Shown here: in pieces, positions 1 through 11,146 of the stretch | How the letters are laid out: each line of letters opens with the position of its first letter | Position numbering within the stretch: position 1 is the stretch's first letter | From: a virus | Virus record (IMG/VR): IMGVR_UViG_3300029319_007985 | Coordinates: 32,001 to 96,000 of that record | Reading direction: 5' to 3' (one strand) | DNA length: 64,000 nucleotides | The notes under the pieces: model-generated | Database searches by the model: none | Seen by the model: only the letters and a program-made list of their open reading frames with translations | Told to the model about the DNA's origin: nothing | Position numbers and translations under genes: made by a program

Positions 1-138
1 ATTACATGTTTAGTTGTAGTTTCTTTAATTGCAATAAAATTTAAAGAGATCAATCTCATGCCGATTTTGTTCTCTTTTATATTAGGAAATGAATTAGAGT
101 TCGTCATTTCCCGATACATCACATTATGGACTCATTAA
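1..138 (+). CDS. tctA: C-terminal end of a tripartite tricarboxylate transporter TctA-like permease (partial, runs off window)
   Basis: Frame 1 reads ITCLVVVSLIAIKFKEINLMPILFSFILGNELEFVISRYITLWTH*; PxLxxFILGxxLE matches the TctA C-terminus; followed by a TctC-like gene. Confidence 0.65.
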   Translation: MTCLVVVSLIAIKFKEINLMPILFSFILGNELEFVISRYITLWTH

Positions 139-156
139 ACAAGGAGAAAGACTGAT

Positions 157-981
157 ATGAAAAAAATATATCTTTTTTTATTATCTACAATTTTGTTAAT
201 GACAAGTGCATTGGCAGAATCGATTACTGTTGTTCCAGGTGGTAAGCCGGGCGGGTCTAGTTTCGCCAGAGCAACAATGTATAAGGAAGTGCTAACAAAG
301 ATGGGACACGATGTAAAGTTTGAAAACATAAGTTCCACCAAGGAGGGTGCAAAATATTTAGAAAAAACAAGGGGCAAGGAAACAGTAATAATGATGTACC
401 CAACCAATCAACCTTCTCAGATTGGCTACGACATCACTGAAAACAACTTTGTGTTGAAAGAATATTTCGCTCCATACTTCTGGTGCCAATCAAATGAGGC
501 CGTCAACAAAGACGTGTTTAAGGTTGGATTGGATAAAAACATGAACCAAAAGTTTTCTGATAAACTTTTTGGTACCTTGGGTAAAGAAGTAATCTATCTA
601 AGATATAAAAACAGTGGTGCACTCTACAATGCCATTACGGCAGGAGACATAGATGCCATGTTTACTAACCAAGGTAAGTCACTTAAACTTGTGAAAAATA
701 ACCAAGGGTCTTGCATTGCCAATACAAGCAGTGAAGTAATACATGACATACCATCTGTTTACACCATAGTTAAGGATGGAACAAAATTTCCTGTGATGGA
801 ATACCCTGTTATTTCAAACAACACATCCGAAAAACTTAGAAGTATTCTTATTGAGGCAAACAAAGACGAATTATTTGTGCAATGGAGAGCAAGTAAAGGC
901 CTGCCGGAGATAGTTGGTCAGGACACTCGACAAGAAGAACTTAGACTTGCCATGGAAGGGCAAGAACTTTGGAAACAGTAG
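157..981 (+). CDS. tctC: TctC/Bug-family periplasmic substrate-binding protein
   Basis: Signal peptide; ITVVPGGKPGGS (VP..PGG) and YKNSGALYNAITAGDIDAM (YkGg..a...l.gG.vd) motifs; RBS AAGGAG at 141-146. Confidence 0.65.
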   Translation: MKKIYLFLLSTILLMTSALAESITVVPGGKPGGSSFARATMYKEVLTKMGHDVKFENISSTKEGAKYLEKTRGKETVIMMYPTNQPSQIGYDITENNFVLKEYFAPYFWCQSNEAVNKDVFKVGLDKNMNQKFSDKLFGTLGKEVIYLRYKNSGALYNAITAGDIDAMFTNQGKSLKLVKNNQGSCIANTSSEVIHDIPSVYTIVKDGTKFPVMEYPVISNNTSEKLRSILIEANKDELFVQWRASKGLPEIVGQDTRQEELRLAMEGQELWKQ

Positions 982-2096
982 TATATGATTCTTATTATGA
1001 CGTTGGTGGAAATCAATTCGCCAACGTCTTCCAAGCACTAGATCACGCGAATCAGACTCAAAAATTTTGTTACTTCAATATTCACAAAGACTGGATCAAT
1101 GCATTGGAGCGGACATATTCATTACCAAAACCAAACAGGCAATCACTTCAAGTCCTATACTTAAAAAAATTAAAACATCTAAGACAAAACCATAATAAAC
1201 TTGTGCTCGCTTACAGTGGTGGCTCTGACAGTCATACCATACTAAAAATTGCAATCGATAATGACATTTATTTTGATGAAGTTATCATTGAATATCCTGG
1301 AGTAATGGAAGCGGCAAATGACCAAATCATCAACGCAGAACAAATCATGGCGCTTGAATTTGTAAACAGGCATATTGGAAAAAGTATAGGCAAGGTCACT
1401 GTTATCAAATGGACCGAGAAGGATTATGAATACTTAAACCATGCAGGTTGGTATAAAAATCCTAAATTTTATCAGCATAACAAAATTAAGGTTCGTCCTT
1501 GTGTTAAAGTGTATATGGCAAAACATTACAATGACCTAGATGGAGTAATAATTACCGGACACGAAAAACCAGGAGTACGATTTAAAAACAATAAATTTTA
1601 TTGGTTTGTGACTGACACAGGAACAACAGAACACAAAATTATAAGAAACTCATTTCCATTTTTTCTTGATCCGGAAATTGTTGTCTCATATGCATATGTG
1701 TTAAGAGATCAACTGAAAGGTAAACTAAATTATTTCACCCAAATAGGAGACAGATATGATTTCTTTTGGAAGATTCCTTTGGCGGAAACTAAAAAATTTT
1801 ATGAGTCATTAGGCTTGGAATTTATTAATCAAGAATCAGTTAAGTTTACTCAAAAGCCAAATTGGGGTACTCATCACAACTACAAGAATAAAGGCATAAT
1901 TGATTCATTAGAAAAATATGGACACAGGCAAATACTAGATAAAATTTTTAATTTACACGAACATATTAATAATGAATACAAAAACACTAATCATGCTGTG
2001 CAGTCAGATGGAACATTTGTTAAAACAGTCGAACGTTATTCTCAGATGTTTGAATATGTAGAAAATACATTGATTTGTAGAGGGCATGACGTATAA
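969..2096 (+). CDS. PP-loop (adenine nucleotide alpha-hydrolase superfamily) protein
   Basis: LVLAYSGGSDS PP-loop motif; TTG start overlapping upstream gene. Confidence 0.6.
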   Translation: METVVYDSYYDVGGNQFANVFQALDHANQTQKFCYFNIHKDWINALERTYSLPKPNRQSLQVLYLKKLKHLRQNHNKLVLAYSGGSDSHTILKIAIDNDIYFDEVIIEYPGVMEAANDQIINAEQIMALEFVNRHIGKSIGKVTVIKWTEKDYEYLNHAGWYKNPKFYQHNKIKVRPCVKVYMAKHYNDLDGVIITGHEKPGVRFKNNKFYWFVTDTGTTEHKIIRNSFPFFLDPEIVVSYAYVLRDQLKGKLNYFTQIGDRYDFFWKIPLAETKKFYESLGLEFINQESVKFTQKPNWGTHHNYKNKGIIDSLEKYGHRQILDKIFNLHEHINNEYKNTNHAVQSDGTFVKTVERYSQMFEYVENTLICRGHDV

Positions 2097-2123
2097 CCGT
2101 TGGAAATTGGAAATTATTACCAC

Positions 2124-2151
2124 TTGACACAATACCAAATCGTGTTATAAT
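2124..2151 (+). promoter_or_regulatory. sigma70-type promoter
   Basis: TTGACA-16 bp (ending TGT)-TATAAT upstream of 2173. Confidence 0.75.
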
Positions 2152-2172
2152 AATGGTAACTTAGGAGAATAT

Positions 2173-2523
2173 ATGTATAAATGTTCAGCACAAGCACAGT
2201 TGGTTTTGGATCAAGTGACTGCAAGATGTCAAAAAGATACTGAAACTAAAAATACTTGGACAGGTAAAAGTGGGAAATACATGTTTATCATGGGCAGAGA
2301 AAATGCTGATGGTAAGGCAACTGGTGTGGTACACAAATATCAACCAGATGGCTCACACAAATTAGCCGGTTCATTTAAAATACTTGCTGATGGTATCATC
2401 ACAAGATTTACTGGTTTATCAAAAGCAGATTGGAACAACTACATGAATTCTGCAGAAGCAGAATACAAAAAGTCGTTGACTAATGCTGGAGAAGACAATA
2501 AACTAGAAACTAAAGTAGCATAA
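2173..2523 (+). CDS. hypothetical phage protein
   Basis: ORF with AGGAG RBS directly behind a consensus promoter. Confidence 0.75.
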   Translation: MYKCSAQAQLVLDQVTARCQKDTETKNTWTGKSGKYMFIMGRENADGKATGVVHKYQPDGSHKLAGSFKILADGIITRFTGLSKADWNNYMNSAEAEYKKSLTNAGEDNKLETKVA

Positions 2524-2530
2524 ACAAAAC

Positions 2531-2548
2531 GGTGCCCTTCGGGGCACC
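2531..2548. terminator. GC-rich cUUCGg hairpin (terminator or RNA-stabilising element)
   Basis: GGTGCCC-TTCG-GGGCACC perfect stem just after stop of 2173..2523; U-tract only on the minus strand. Confidence 0.55.
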
Positions 2549-2558
2549 AAATAACAAT

Positions 2559-3215
2559 ATGGAAAATTGGGAGAGGCATCTAAATAGAATTTGGAACGGT
2601 GGTAAACTGTTCATCATTGGTGCAGTGGTTTTATTCATTACATTTACTTTGGGCACATTTAAACCGAACAAACATGTAGTAAACAACATAAAACTTGATC
2701 AAGAACAAAAAACAATTAATAACCTTAAAAAATTTGGTTTACATGCACCTTTGTTTAAATTTAAAAATACAAAACAGTTTGTTGAAAACGTTCAAAACTG
2801 TGTAAACTACTTGAACCTTACAACTGAAGTCCATAAAAGAATACCTGACAAAATAATAATTGCAATGGCCGATGTGGAAAGTGCAAGTGGCACTAGTCGT
2901 TTTGCAACTGAAGGAAACGCCTTGTTTGGTGTTAGAACTTGGGACCTAGTAAACGTTCCACACATGAAACCTGGTGCAATACCAAATGCAAGTTTTGGTG
3001 TGAAGAAGTATAAGAATAAATGTGCCAGTGTTGCAGATGTAATAGACATATTAAACAGGCATCCTGCTTACAAAGATTTTAGGGCAGAAAGAAACAAACA
3101 ACTTAAAGACGCATATTGGGACTATAAGAAACTGGTTCCTTTACTTGCACCATGGAGCACCAACCCTGAGTACGGTAATATCATTCTGAGAAGAATGAAA
3201 GAGTTGAAATTGTAG
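2559..3215 (+). CDS. Membrane-anchored GH73 glucosaminidase (Bax/FlgJ-like peptidoglycan hydrolase)
   Basis: N-terminal TM helix; [25 protein letters not shown] and WSTNPEY motifs; start moved to ATG 2559 past the hairpin. Confidence 0.75.
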   Translation: MENWERHLNRIWNGGKLFIIGAVVLFITFTLGTFKPNKHVVNNIKLDQEQKTINNLKKFGLHAPLFKFKNTKQFVENVQNCVNYLNLTTEVHKRIPDKIIIAMADVESASGTSRFATEGNALFGVRTWDLVNVPHMKPGAIPNASFGVKKYKNKCASVADVIDILNRHPAYKDFRAERNKQLKDAYWDYKKLVPLLAPWSTNPEYGNIILRRMKELKL

Positions 3216-3231
3216 TAAAATAAGTACTACG

Positions 3232-4665
3232 ATGCAGGACGTACTTCAAAAAACACTAGATAAAAAATACCAAGCAGGGTTTACCACCAATGTGGAGTCG
3301 GAAACTTTACCACCAGGTCTAGATGAAAATACAGTAAGAAAGATTAGCAAGATCAAAAATGAACCGGAGTGGTTGCTAAAGTTTAGATTGAAAGCATTTG
3401 ACAGGTGGAAAATTTTAAAAAAGCCTGATTGGGCAAATTTAGAAATAGAACCAATAGACTATCAAGCAATTAGTTACTATTCAGCACCAAAAAAAGGACC
3501 AGCATCATACGATGAAGTTGATCCAGAGATCAAAAAGGACTTTGAAAAATTAGGAATACCTCTCCATGAAAGAGAAAAACTAGCAGGGGTGGCGGTAGAT
3601 GCAGTTTTTGATTCTGTGTCTGTGGCTACAACGTTTTCAGAAGAATTGAAAAAATTAGGTATAATCTTCTGCAGTTTTAGTGAAGCGGTACAGAACCATC
3701 CTGAACTTGTGAAAAAGTATTTGGGTTCGGTTATTCCAATCAGTGACCATAGTTTTGCGGCCTTGAACAGTGCAGTATTTACAGATGGATCATTTGTGTA
3801 TATTCCACCAGGTGTGAGATGTCCTATGGAACTGTCAACGTATTTTAGAATAAATGCGGCCAACACTGGACAATTTGAACGAACACTTATAATAGCAGAT
3901 CGAGACAGTTATGTAAGTTATCTAGAAGGATGTACAGCACCTATGAGAGATGAGAACCAATTACATGCGGCCAATGTGGAACTGGTTGCTTTGGACAACG
4001 CAGAAATAAAGTATTCAACCATACAGAATTGGTATCCAGGAGATCCTGAAACAGGCAAGGGTGGTATCTATAACTTTGTTACAAAAAGGGGAAAATGTAT
4101 TGGAAAGCATTCAAAGATTACATGGACCCAATTTGAAACAGGTTCGAGATTAACTTGGAAATATCCAAGTTGTATTTTGATGGGTGACAACAGCATTGGT
4201 GAATTTTACAGTGTGGCTCTTACTAATGGCCGACAACAGGCCGACACAGGAACCAAAATGATACACATAGGTAAAAACACTAAAAGCACAATCATATCAA
4301 AAGGCATTAGTGCAGGTAAAAGTTCCAACACATATCGAGGACAGGTCAGCATAATGAAGAGGGCAATTAACAGTAGAAACTTCACTCAGTGTGATAGTTT
4401 GATGATGGGATCCGGATGTAGTGCTTCAACTGTGCCTGTGATACAAAATAGGAATAGCAGTTCAACCTGCGAACACGAAGCCACCACTAGCAAATTAAGT
4501 GATGAACAGATGTTTTACTGTATGCAGAGAGGCATACCAACCGAAGACACAATCAATATGTTGGTCAGTGGATTTTGTAAAGAAGTTTTCCAGAAACTAC
4601 CAATGGAGTTTGCCGCGGAGGCAAATAAACTACTAGAAATTAGTATGGAAGGTTCCGTAGGCTAA
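3232..4665 (+). CDS. sufB: Fe-S cluster assembly scaffold SufB
   Basis: [52 protein letters not shown] motifs; full length 477 aa. Confidence 0.97.
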   Translation: MQDVLQKTLDKKYQAGFTTNVESETLPPGLDENTVRKISKIKNEPEWLLKFRLKAFDRWKILKKPDWANLEIEPIDYQAISYYSAPKKGPASYDEVDPEIKKDFEKLGIPLHEREKLAGVAVDAVFDSVSVATTFSEELKKLGIIFCSFSEAVQNHPELVKKYLGSVIPISDHSFAALNSAVFTDGSFVYIPPGVRCPMELSTYFRINAANTGQFERTLIIADRDSYVSYLEGCTAPMRDENQLHAANVELVALDNAEIKYSTIQNWYPGDPETGKGGIYNFVTKRGKCIGKHSKITWTQFETGSRLTWKYPSCILMGDNSIGEFYSVALTNGRQQADTGTKMIHIGKNTKSTIISKGISAGKSSNTYRGQVSIMKRAINSRNFTQCDSLMMGSGCSASTVPVIQNRNSSSTCEHEATTSKLSDEQMFYCMQRGIPTEDTINMLVSGFCKEVFQKLPMEFAAEANKLLEISMEGSVG

Positions 4666-4668
4666 AAC

Positions 4669-5487
4669 ATGAATAGTAAAGGCTTGATGTTGCGTTGGTT
4701 CGGTGGATCAGGAGGTGACACCATATGCACACTAATAGACATGGCCGAAAAGGATCTGTACACTAACTTCACTTGCAAATATAACAGCAGGGCCAATGGA
4801 AAAACAAACACACATCAGTTCAAAGATCCTGAATATCCAACACTTTATAGATTTGGTATAAGTTGGAATGCAGGAATTGAATTGAAAAAGGCAGAAAAAG
4901 ATCTCAGTAAGTTAAAGAATTCAAATAAAAAGTTTTTAATAAAGTCTATGAATTTTACAAAATCATTAGATAATGTTGTTTCAGACTATATGGAGATTGT
5001 TAGCATAGGTTATGATTATTCTTTTTTACCATTTTTGGTGCAGACTAATTTAACCAAAACAAAGACAATAAAATACTATTTTACCAAGAACAACTTATCC
5101 AAATATAAAAAAGACCTAGTTCTGCTTGATATTACCAAAAAATTAAACCAAGACCAAAAAACCAAACTAGTAATTTGGAATGTTATCAAGTCAGCAATAG
5201 ATTATATGAACGATTTTAATTTGGATAAGAGTAGTATTCAAATCAGCGATATGTTCTATAACCAACAAAGTATTAAAGATTTTTTCGCAGATAGAAATAT
5301 TGAAATAGACTTTAATAACAAATTGTATAAAAACTGGTTAAAACTAAACCAGAAATATATTCCTAGTGATATTTTCAATAAATGCCTAAAAACTAGATCC
5401 TACAATTATCAAAATAGCGATATGAATTTGTTTGAAAGATATGTGCTTTTAGCAATTTCTGGAAAAAAGTTCAAGTTTCTCTCATAA
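4669..5487 (+). CDS. hypothetical protein, very AT-rich
   Basis: 272-aa ORF; N-terminal GGSGGD loop weakly reminiscent of sulfotransferase-like phage proteins. Confidence 0.6.
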   Translation: MNSKGLMLRWFGGSGGDTICTLIDMAEKDLYTNFTCKYNSRANGKTNTHQFKDPEYPTLYRFGISWNAGIELKKAEKDLSKLKNSNKKFLIKSMNFTKSLDNVVSDYMEIVSIGYDYSFLPFLVQTNLTKTKTIKYYFTKNNLSKYKKDLVLLDITKKLNQDQKTKLVIWNVIKSAIDYMNDFNLDKSSIQISDMFYNQQSIKDFFADRNIEIDFNNKLYKNWLKLNQKYIPSDIFNKCLKTRSYNYQNSDMNLFERYVLLAISGKKFKFLS

Positions 5488-5528
5488 AAAGCCAGTAAAA
5501 TCAACACTTTTTAACCAGATCAACTTGG

Positions 5529-5556
5529 TTGACGTATTTGGAAAATATGCTATAAT
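5529..5556 (+). promoter_or_regulatory. sigma70-type promoter
   Basis: TTGACG-16 bp (ending TGC)-TATAAT, 6 nt before ATG 5563. Confidence 0.7.
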
Positions 5557-5562
5557 TTACAC

Positions 5563-5727
5563 ATGATTAGATTGATAATATTGATTGCGATATTTTTTGC
5601 AGTTTATCCGATGATAGGTGAAGGCTATGATCAATTTTTGTCTGATTTTAATTTAGATGGAATTGGTAATATCTTTTCAAATCTTATTGCTTGGATGAGT
5701 GAAACTGTAGATAGGTTGCAATCTTAA
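5563..5727 (+). CDS. small membrane protein (54 aa, not in ORF track)
   Basis: MIRLIILIAIFFAVYPMIGEG...DRLQS*; fills the gap between promoter and lipoprotein gene. Confidence 0.6.
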   Translation: MIRLIILIAIFFAVYPMIGEGYDQFLSDFNLDGIGNIFSNLIAWMSETVDRLQS

Positions 5728-5738
5728 CTATAAGGAAA

Positions 5739-6290
5739 ATGAGTATGAAAAAACTAGCATTGGTTTTATTTGCAGGTTTGTTGTTGGCGCAATGTTCAAC
5801 CTACAAAATTAAGCCGGACATGACAAAGGATGGAGTTGTTAACAAGACTCCTAAATGGTATGTCAAATACGATCACGAAACAATGTTTAAGTATCAAGAG
5901 GCGGCAACTGCTGTATCTCCTGACTTAGAACTTGCTGTGAAGAAAAGTATTTTATTAGCAAAGGCTAAACTTGTTGATAGAATAAATGGTCTAATGAACA
6001 ATCAGACTACTATCAAGAAGGATGAAGTTGGTACTAATGAAACACTTACGGTACAGTCAGGTTCGCAGGACATTATCGTAAACGTGATTGAAGATACTTT
6101 AGCCAGAGGATATGAGGTAACAAAACAGGTTGTTTTTATGACAAACAACAAATCTTATAGATCTTATGTGATGGTTGAACTTTCTAAGAAAGAAGTAAAA
6201 GCCATTATCGAAGAAGTTAATAAGAAAAAAGTTGCATTCATTGATACTAGCAAACTTGAAAAAAGTGCTAAAAGCATCTTAAACAAGTAG
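5739..6290 (+). CDS. lipoprotein, LPP20-like
   Basis: Lipobox LLAQ-C; PKWY...A.SPDLELA.KK..L.AK pattern. Confidence 0.65.
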   Translation: MSMKKLALVLFAGLLLAQCSTYKIKPDMTKDGVVNKTPKWYVKYDHETMFKYQEAATAVSPDLELAVKKSILLAKAKLVDRINGLMNNQTTIKKDEVGTNETLTVQSGSQDIIVNVIEDTLARGYEVTKQVVFMTNNKSYRSYVMVELSKKEVKAIIEEVNKKKVAFIDTSKLEKSAKSILNK

Positions 6291-6296
6291 GGCAAT

Positions 6297-6647
6297 ATGA
6301 ACTACATTTACAAACTTATTGCCCTAGTTGTAGCACTTCTAATCTTTGGATTAGTTGGTGTGGCAAAGGCCGGAGGTCCATGGTCGGATCAATACTGTGA
6401 CATTAGCCATGAGACTGTGATCACAAAAAATGAAAAGGGAGAGATCATCGATAAAGTAACCAAAGAAAAAGTCAAGTGCGAAGACGGTGTAATGGACTTC
6501 CTACACGGAATGAAAATTGCGGAAAGTTGTAAGTTCTTTACTTGGCAGATGCCGATGGGAGAAAAGTTAGTAGAGCAGAGAGGTATTGCTTGTAAGAGAT
6601 TGGATGGAGGATATGAAATTGTTCAAGGTTATCACAGTATTAATTAG
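6297..6647 (+). CDS. secreted Cys-containing hypothetical protein
   Basis: Signal peptide ending AKA; four Cys. Confidence 0.65.
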   Translation: MNYIYKLIALVVALLIFGLVGVAKAGGPWSDQYCDISHETVITKNEKGEIIDKVTKEKVKCEDGVMDFLHGMKIAESCKFFTWQMPMGEKLVEQRGIACKRLDGGYEIVQGYHSIN

Positions 6648-7074
6648 TCTGGTGCTTCTAACTAATTGCACGTCATCCAATGTGCAGAAAGTATCAGTTG
6701 TGCCTAAAGAAACCGATGGCGCATTGGCACAGATGCCATATCCGGTTATGCTTGGAGAAGGTGAGATATGGAGTGCGCCAGGAATGTTATGGAACGGTGC
6801 ACAATACATTAGATTTAATCTTAACAAGGCAGAGAAGCAACAACATCAACAAGCGGTATATCATAGTTTAAACAACGCACAAATTGGTGAAATAACTGCT
6901 TGGTATAGTAAAAAACGTCTAGCAAATGGCAAGATCAGGGTTATAAGTCACTTTCCTACGTCAGATGGCTACTGCCGTGTTTATCAGAGTTATATACAGT
7001 TAAATGGTGCACAAAGGCACATGACGAACAAGGCGTGTAAAAGATTAACACTACCTTGGGTATTCCTAAAATAA
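6613..7074 (+). CDS. lipoprotein with 17-kDa surface-antigen-like C-terminal domain
   Basis: Start MKLFKVITVLISLVLLTNC (lipobox) after GGAGG; W...G...YCRVYQ...ACKR motif. Confidence 0.65.
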   Translation: MKLFKVITVLISLVLLTNCTSSNVQKVSVVPKETDGALAQMPYPVMLGEGEIWSAPGMLWNGAQYIRFNLNKAEKQQHQQAVYHSLNNAQIGEITAWYSKKRLANGKIRVISHFPTSDGYCRVYQSYIQLNGAQRHMTNKACKRLTLPWVFLK

Positions 7075-7084
7075 ATAGTTCTAG

Positions 7085-7092
7085 TATAAATA
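7085..7092 (+). promoter_or_regulatory. T4-type late promoter TATAAATA
   Basis: Exact T4 late consensus upstream of 7111; core TAAATA recurs before structural genes. Confidence 0.6.
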
Positions 7093-7110
7093 ATAGCAAG
7101 GAATTTACAA

Positions 7111-7758
7111 ATGGCAACAGTCGAACCAAAATCTTTATATAACGTTAATATTAACGAACCACAAATAACGTATTTCACAGTGGCAATAAACACTTCAGGC
7201 TTTTTAGACACTGAGACAGTAAATGGTGGAAGAGTGTCTCCGTGCATAGCGAATGACTTTGCAACTAAGCCTACAACACTAGCACAATCATTATTGGTAT
7301 CAAGAGGGAACTTAAGATGGAAAATGATGATGGAGGCTCTAGCAGTAAGATCCAATTTTAGAGTGTGCAATATTGTTACAACTTATGCCGCTGACGAAGG
7401 TGACTCACCGATTACTAACTTGGCATTTGGACTTGTTTTTGATACGCCAAACTTTGTTCCAACAACAGGTACAACAATCGACGGATCAACAACTACTACA
7501 ACAAGAGCATTATATCTTCAAGACAAAATTGCTGAAGCATTGAACACTACAAGAACTGAGAACATGAGTATTTTTGATCCAACTGGTACTGGCAATCCAC
7601 AGCAATTAAGAACAATTGAAGTAACAGCCGGTCCGGTGTTGACAGCATCAATTGGTGAAATAGTAGAAGCAATCACAGTTACAGAAGTTACTGGTTTTGC
7701 ACCAAACACTAGCAACCAATTGCCAACTGACAACTCATTGACATACTCAGCAGAGTAA
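7111..7758 (+). CDS. hypothetical protein, probable virion component
   Basis: Thr-rich beta-type composition, late-type promoter. Confidence 0.6.
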   Translation: MATVEPKSLYNVNINEPQITYFTVAINTSGFLDTETVNGGRVSPCIANDFATKPTTLAQSLLVSRGNLRWKMMMEALAVRSNFRVCNIVTTYAADEGDSPITNLAFGLVFDTPNFVPTTGTTIDGSTTTTTRALYLQDKIAEALNTTRTENMSIFDPTGTGNPQQLRTIEVTAGPVLTASIGEIVEAITVTEVTGFAPNTSNQLPTDNSLTYSAE

Positions 7759-7820
7759 TCACTTTACCAAATAATTCAGTAGCAGTAAAACGAAGTTTCT
7801 GTTATAGTAAATAATCTATA

Positions 7821-9590
7821 ATGTTTATAGCAATTCTTACACTTTTATCTGCATTATCCATCTCGGGTGTTGCAATTTTCTATTCTGTGATAGGACTCGC
7901 CACAATCTTCCCTGGAGCATTTTGGCCTGTGGTTATAATGGGGTCAGTTCTTGAGGTTGGAAAATTAATTACAGCCAGTTGGCTATATCGGCAATGGAAG
8001 TTTACACCATTCCTTCTCAAAACTTATCTTACTATTGCGGTCATAATACTGTCAATAATAACTTCAATGGGTATTTTTGGATTCTTATCTAAGGCACACC
8101 TTGAACAAAACTTAGCCAGTGATACCTTGGTGCAAAGGGTTGATATTATTAACGACAAGATAGAAAGCCAGACTATCTATATTGAAAGGCAAAAGGCAGT
8201 CATCACACGTTCTGAAAAAGCAATTGATCGAACAGGAAAAGATTTCACACAGGACATTGCGGTGCAGGAAAACATTATCAATTCTGCCTATCTAAGACTA
8301 CAAGTGCTTGACGCAGACGTAAAGGCATACACAGATCAAGGAAAAGGTTTTTGGAAGGGTGACAACATTGCCAAAGGTGTGGAACTAAGGAAACAACAAA
8401 AACCTGAACGTGATCAACTAAATGCAGAAATAAAAGAGGCCAAGGCAAAGATAGAGAAATATAGGAATGAAGGCAGGATCGCAGGAGATAATAACAAAAC
8501 TACAATTAAAGAAGCAGAAGAAAATATCATAGTTGCCCAAAATAAGATTGATGATCTTATTATCGAAAGACAGCCGTTAGAAAAAAAATTAATTAATTTA
8601 GAGGCAGAAGTAGGTCCAGTGAAATACATAGCCGCTCTTGCGGTTGACTGGGGGTTTGCCGAAGAAGTAAATTTATCCAAAGCAGTAAGATGGGTGATAT
8701 TGATTATAATTGTTGTTTTTGATCCACTTGCAGTTTTACTTTTAATTGCCGCGAACCAAAGTCTGGTTAGAAGATTTCCTGTTAAACCACCTAAGCCTCA
8801 AGAGATTATAGACTTGGAAAAACCAGATGATGAAAGTATTATTCTAAAATGGAGAGAAATGGCGGAGCAGGCTAGTAAAAAAAACGCCCAAGAAAAACAA
8901 ATCAAAATTAAACAGCAAGTAGATGAATGGCAACAAAAACTTAAAAAATTTAATGAAAAGGCTCCAAAACCAGAAGACAAGCCTGTAGAAGTTATAGTTG
9001 AGCAACCAAAGAAAGAACCGACTAAGGAACAAAAAATAGAGGCCTTTGATGAAAGATTGAGAGCAGAAGAGGCAGAACTTGAAAGAGTCGCGGCAGAAAC
9101 AAAAGCAGATATTGAGAGGATAGAAGAAACTAGCAAACCAGTTGAAGACTATAATTTTGAAGATGAAATAAAATATGATGTAGACACAGAAGTTAAAAAA
9201 ACAGACGAAGAGCCAGGCATAGCCAAGCAGATAGAAAAGGCAATGGAAGGTGTACAAGCAAGAATAAAGCCTGACTTTACAGAAGTGATAGAGCCTGAAA
9301 GCCAAATTAAAAAACCAAAAGTGGGTGCCCTAGGCACAGTGTTGGTTGATAAAGGCAAGGTGATTAAACAACAACCTGCTTACACACAAAACTCTGAGCA
9401 AAATGAATCTGGTAACTGGAGTAAGATTAACGAAAAGCGTCTTATTGACGAAGAGACATATAGACAAAAAATTGAATCAAGAATAAATGATTTAATCATC
9501 AAAGTAAAAACTGGAGAAATGAAATTGGAAGACCTTGCCGAGGAAGATCAAAAATTAGTCAAACAAGCGATGGATAATGGAAACGACTAG
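7821..9590 (+). CDS. phage membrane protein with long coiled coil and charged C-terminal tail
   Basis: Three N-terminal TMs, coiled coil, EVGPVKYIA + VVFDPLAVLLLIAA TM; TAAATA at 7808. Confidence 0.7.
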   Translation: MFIAILTLLSALSISGVAIFYSVIGLATIFPGAFWPVVIMGSVLEVGKLITASWLYRQWKFTPFLLKTYLTIAVIILSIITSMGIFGFLSKAHLEQNLASDTLVQRVDIINDKIESQTIYIERQKAVITRSEKAIDRTGKDFTQDIAVQENIINSAYLRLQVLDADVKAYTDQGKGFWKGDNIAKGVELRKQQKPERDQLNAEIKEAKAKIEKYRNEGRIAGDNNKTTIKEAEENIIVAQNKIDDLIIERQPLEKKLINLEAEVGPVKYIAALAVDWGFAEEVNLSKAVRWVILIIIVVFDPLAVLLLIAANQSLVRRFPVKPPKPQEIIDLEKPDDESIILKWREMAEQASKKNAQEKQIKIKQQVDEWQQKLKKFNEKAPKPEDKPVEVIVEQPKKEPTKEQKIEAFDERLRAEEAELERVAAETKADIERIEETSKPVEDYNFEDEIKYDVDTEVKKTDEEPGIAKQIEKAMEGVQARIKPDFTEVIEPESQIKKPKVGALGTVLVDKGKVIKQQPAYTQNSEQNESGNWSKINEKRLIDEETYRQKIESRINDLIIKVKTGEMKLEDLAEEDQKLVKQAMDNGND

Positions 9591-9891
9591 ACTAGGCAAA
9601 CTGACTTTGGTTACACCACCCAGTATCTTAGAAGATAACAAAAACAGTTTTTGTATAATAAACTTCAAAACAGAAGATCAAGACAAGTTTGCCAATTATC
9701 TAAACAGGCATCTAGCAAATGATGATGTTGTTGTTTACGTTGTAGACAGTGCCAAGGACACTGAATTAACTTTGCCATGGTTGACAAACATACTAGAAAA
9801 GTCTAAAACTGTTATAGTTAAATCACAAAATAATTTTAAAGTTTTGAAAAACGAAACAATAATTGACTTGGAGGCGATATTCAATGAGTGA
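9577..9891 (+). CDS. hypothetical protein
   Basis: ORF overlapping both neighbours in the operon. Confidence 0.6.
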   Translation: METTRLGKLTLVTPPSILEDNKNSFCIINFKTEDQDKFANYLNRHLANDDVVVYVVDSAKDTELTLPWLTNILEKSKTVIVKSQNNFKVLKNETIIDLEAIFNE

Positions 9892-11146
9892 TACAGATCA
9901 AAATCTTAATTGTTCTTTCTGTGGTAAGGGCAGGAAAGATGTCTCAAAAATGATCGTTGGTGCTGATAAAGTTACAATTTGTAATGAGTGTATAAAATTA
10001 TGCACAGAGATCATTGTGGAGGATAACCAAAAGGTTAGCAGTGAGCAAATCAAAACTGGTGAGAAACAAAATTTAAATCCTGTGGACATAAAAGAATATC
10101 TTGATCAATATGTTGTTGGGCAAGACTCTGCAAAAACTGTTCTTAGTGTTGCTGTGTCTAATCACTATAAAAGAATTTTAAATCCACCAAAGGACTTTGA
10201 ATTAGAAAAATCAAACGTTCTTATACTTGGTGCAAGTGGTTCCGGAAAAACACTTATGGCACGAACCATTGCCAAATATTTGGATGTGCCTTTTGCTATG
10301 GCAGATGCTACAAGTTTGACCGAGGCTGGATATGTTGGTGATGACGTTGAAAATGTAATCACTAAACTTTATCAAAACGCCAAGGGAGACAAATACATGA
10401 CTGAAAGAGGCATTGTGTTCATAGACGAAATTGATAAAATTTGTAAGAAATCAGAAAGCACCAGTATAACCAGAGACGTATCCGGAGAAGGAGTTCAACA
10501 AGGTTTACTTAAAATAGTCGAGGGCACAATTTGTAGGGTTCCACCACACGGAGGAAGGAAACACCCTGAACATCAACACGTTGAGATCGACACCTCAAAC
10601 ATTTTGTTTGTCGTTGGTGGTGCTTTTACAGACCTGGAACGACAAATTAAATCTAGAAAAAGCACAGGAATGGGTTTTAACTCTGAATTGATATCAAGCG
10701 AACAAAAAAACTACTTGGCAGAATCTCAACCAGAGGACCTAATTAAATTTGGACTGATACCGGAGTTTGTTGGCAGATTTAGTATGCTTACTCACGTGGA
10801 TCCATTGACAGAACTTCAATTAGTAAAAGTTTTAAATGAACCAAAAAATAGTTTACTGAAACAATATTCCTACTTGTTTAGTCTTGATCATATTAATTTA
10901 GAGATAGACAAAAAGGCCCAGTTGGCTGTTGCTAAAAAGGCTAAAAAATTAGGCACAAATGCAAGAGGATTAAGAAACATCTTGGATACTCTTCTCCTGC
11001 CTTACCAGTTTGACTCTGCTGAGATGCATAAAAAAGGAGTCACAAAAGTATCAATCACAGAAGAGTGTGTTGACAAAAACCAAGATCCTGTGTTACATTT
11101 TAAAACACCGGTAAACGAAATGAAAAAACAAAAGGCGAAAAATTAA
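9884..11146 (+). CDS. clpX: ATP-dependent Clp protease ATPase subunit ClpX
   Basis: CSFC/CNEC Zn finger, GASGSGKT Walker A, GYVG pore loop, [19 protein letters not shown] docking loop; start set to ATG 9884. Confidence 0.96.
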   Translation: MSDTDQNLNCSFCGKGRKDVSKMIVGADKVTICNECIKLCTEIIVEDNQKVSSEQIKTGEKQNLNPVDIKEYLDQYVVGQDSAKTVLSVAVSNHYKRILNPPKDFELEKSNVLILGASGSGKTLMARTIAKYLDVPFAMADATSLTEAGYVGDDVENVITKLYQNAKGDKYMTERGIVFIDEIDKICKKSESTSITRDVSGEGVQQGLLKIVEGTICRVPPHGGRKHPEHQHVEIDTSNILFVVGGAFTDLERQIKSRKSTGMGFNSELISSEQKNYLAESQPEDLIKFGLIPEFVGRFSMLTHVDPLTELQLVKVLNEPKNSLLKQYSYLFSLDHINLEIDKKAQLAVAKKAKKLGTNARGLRNILDTLLLPYQFDSAEMHKKGVTKVSITEECVDKNQDPVLHFKTPVNEMKKQKAKN

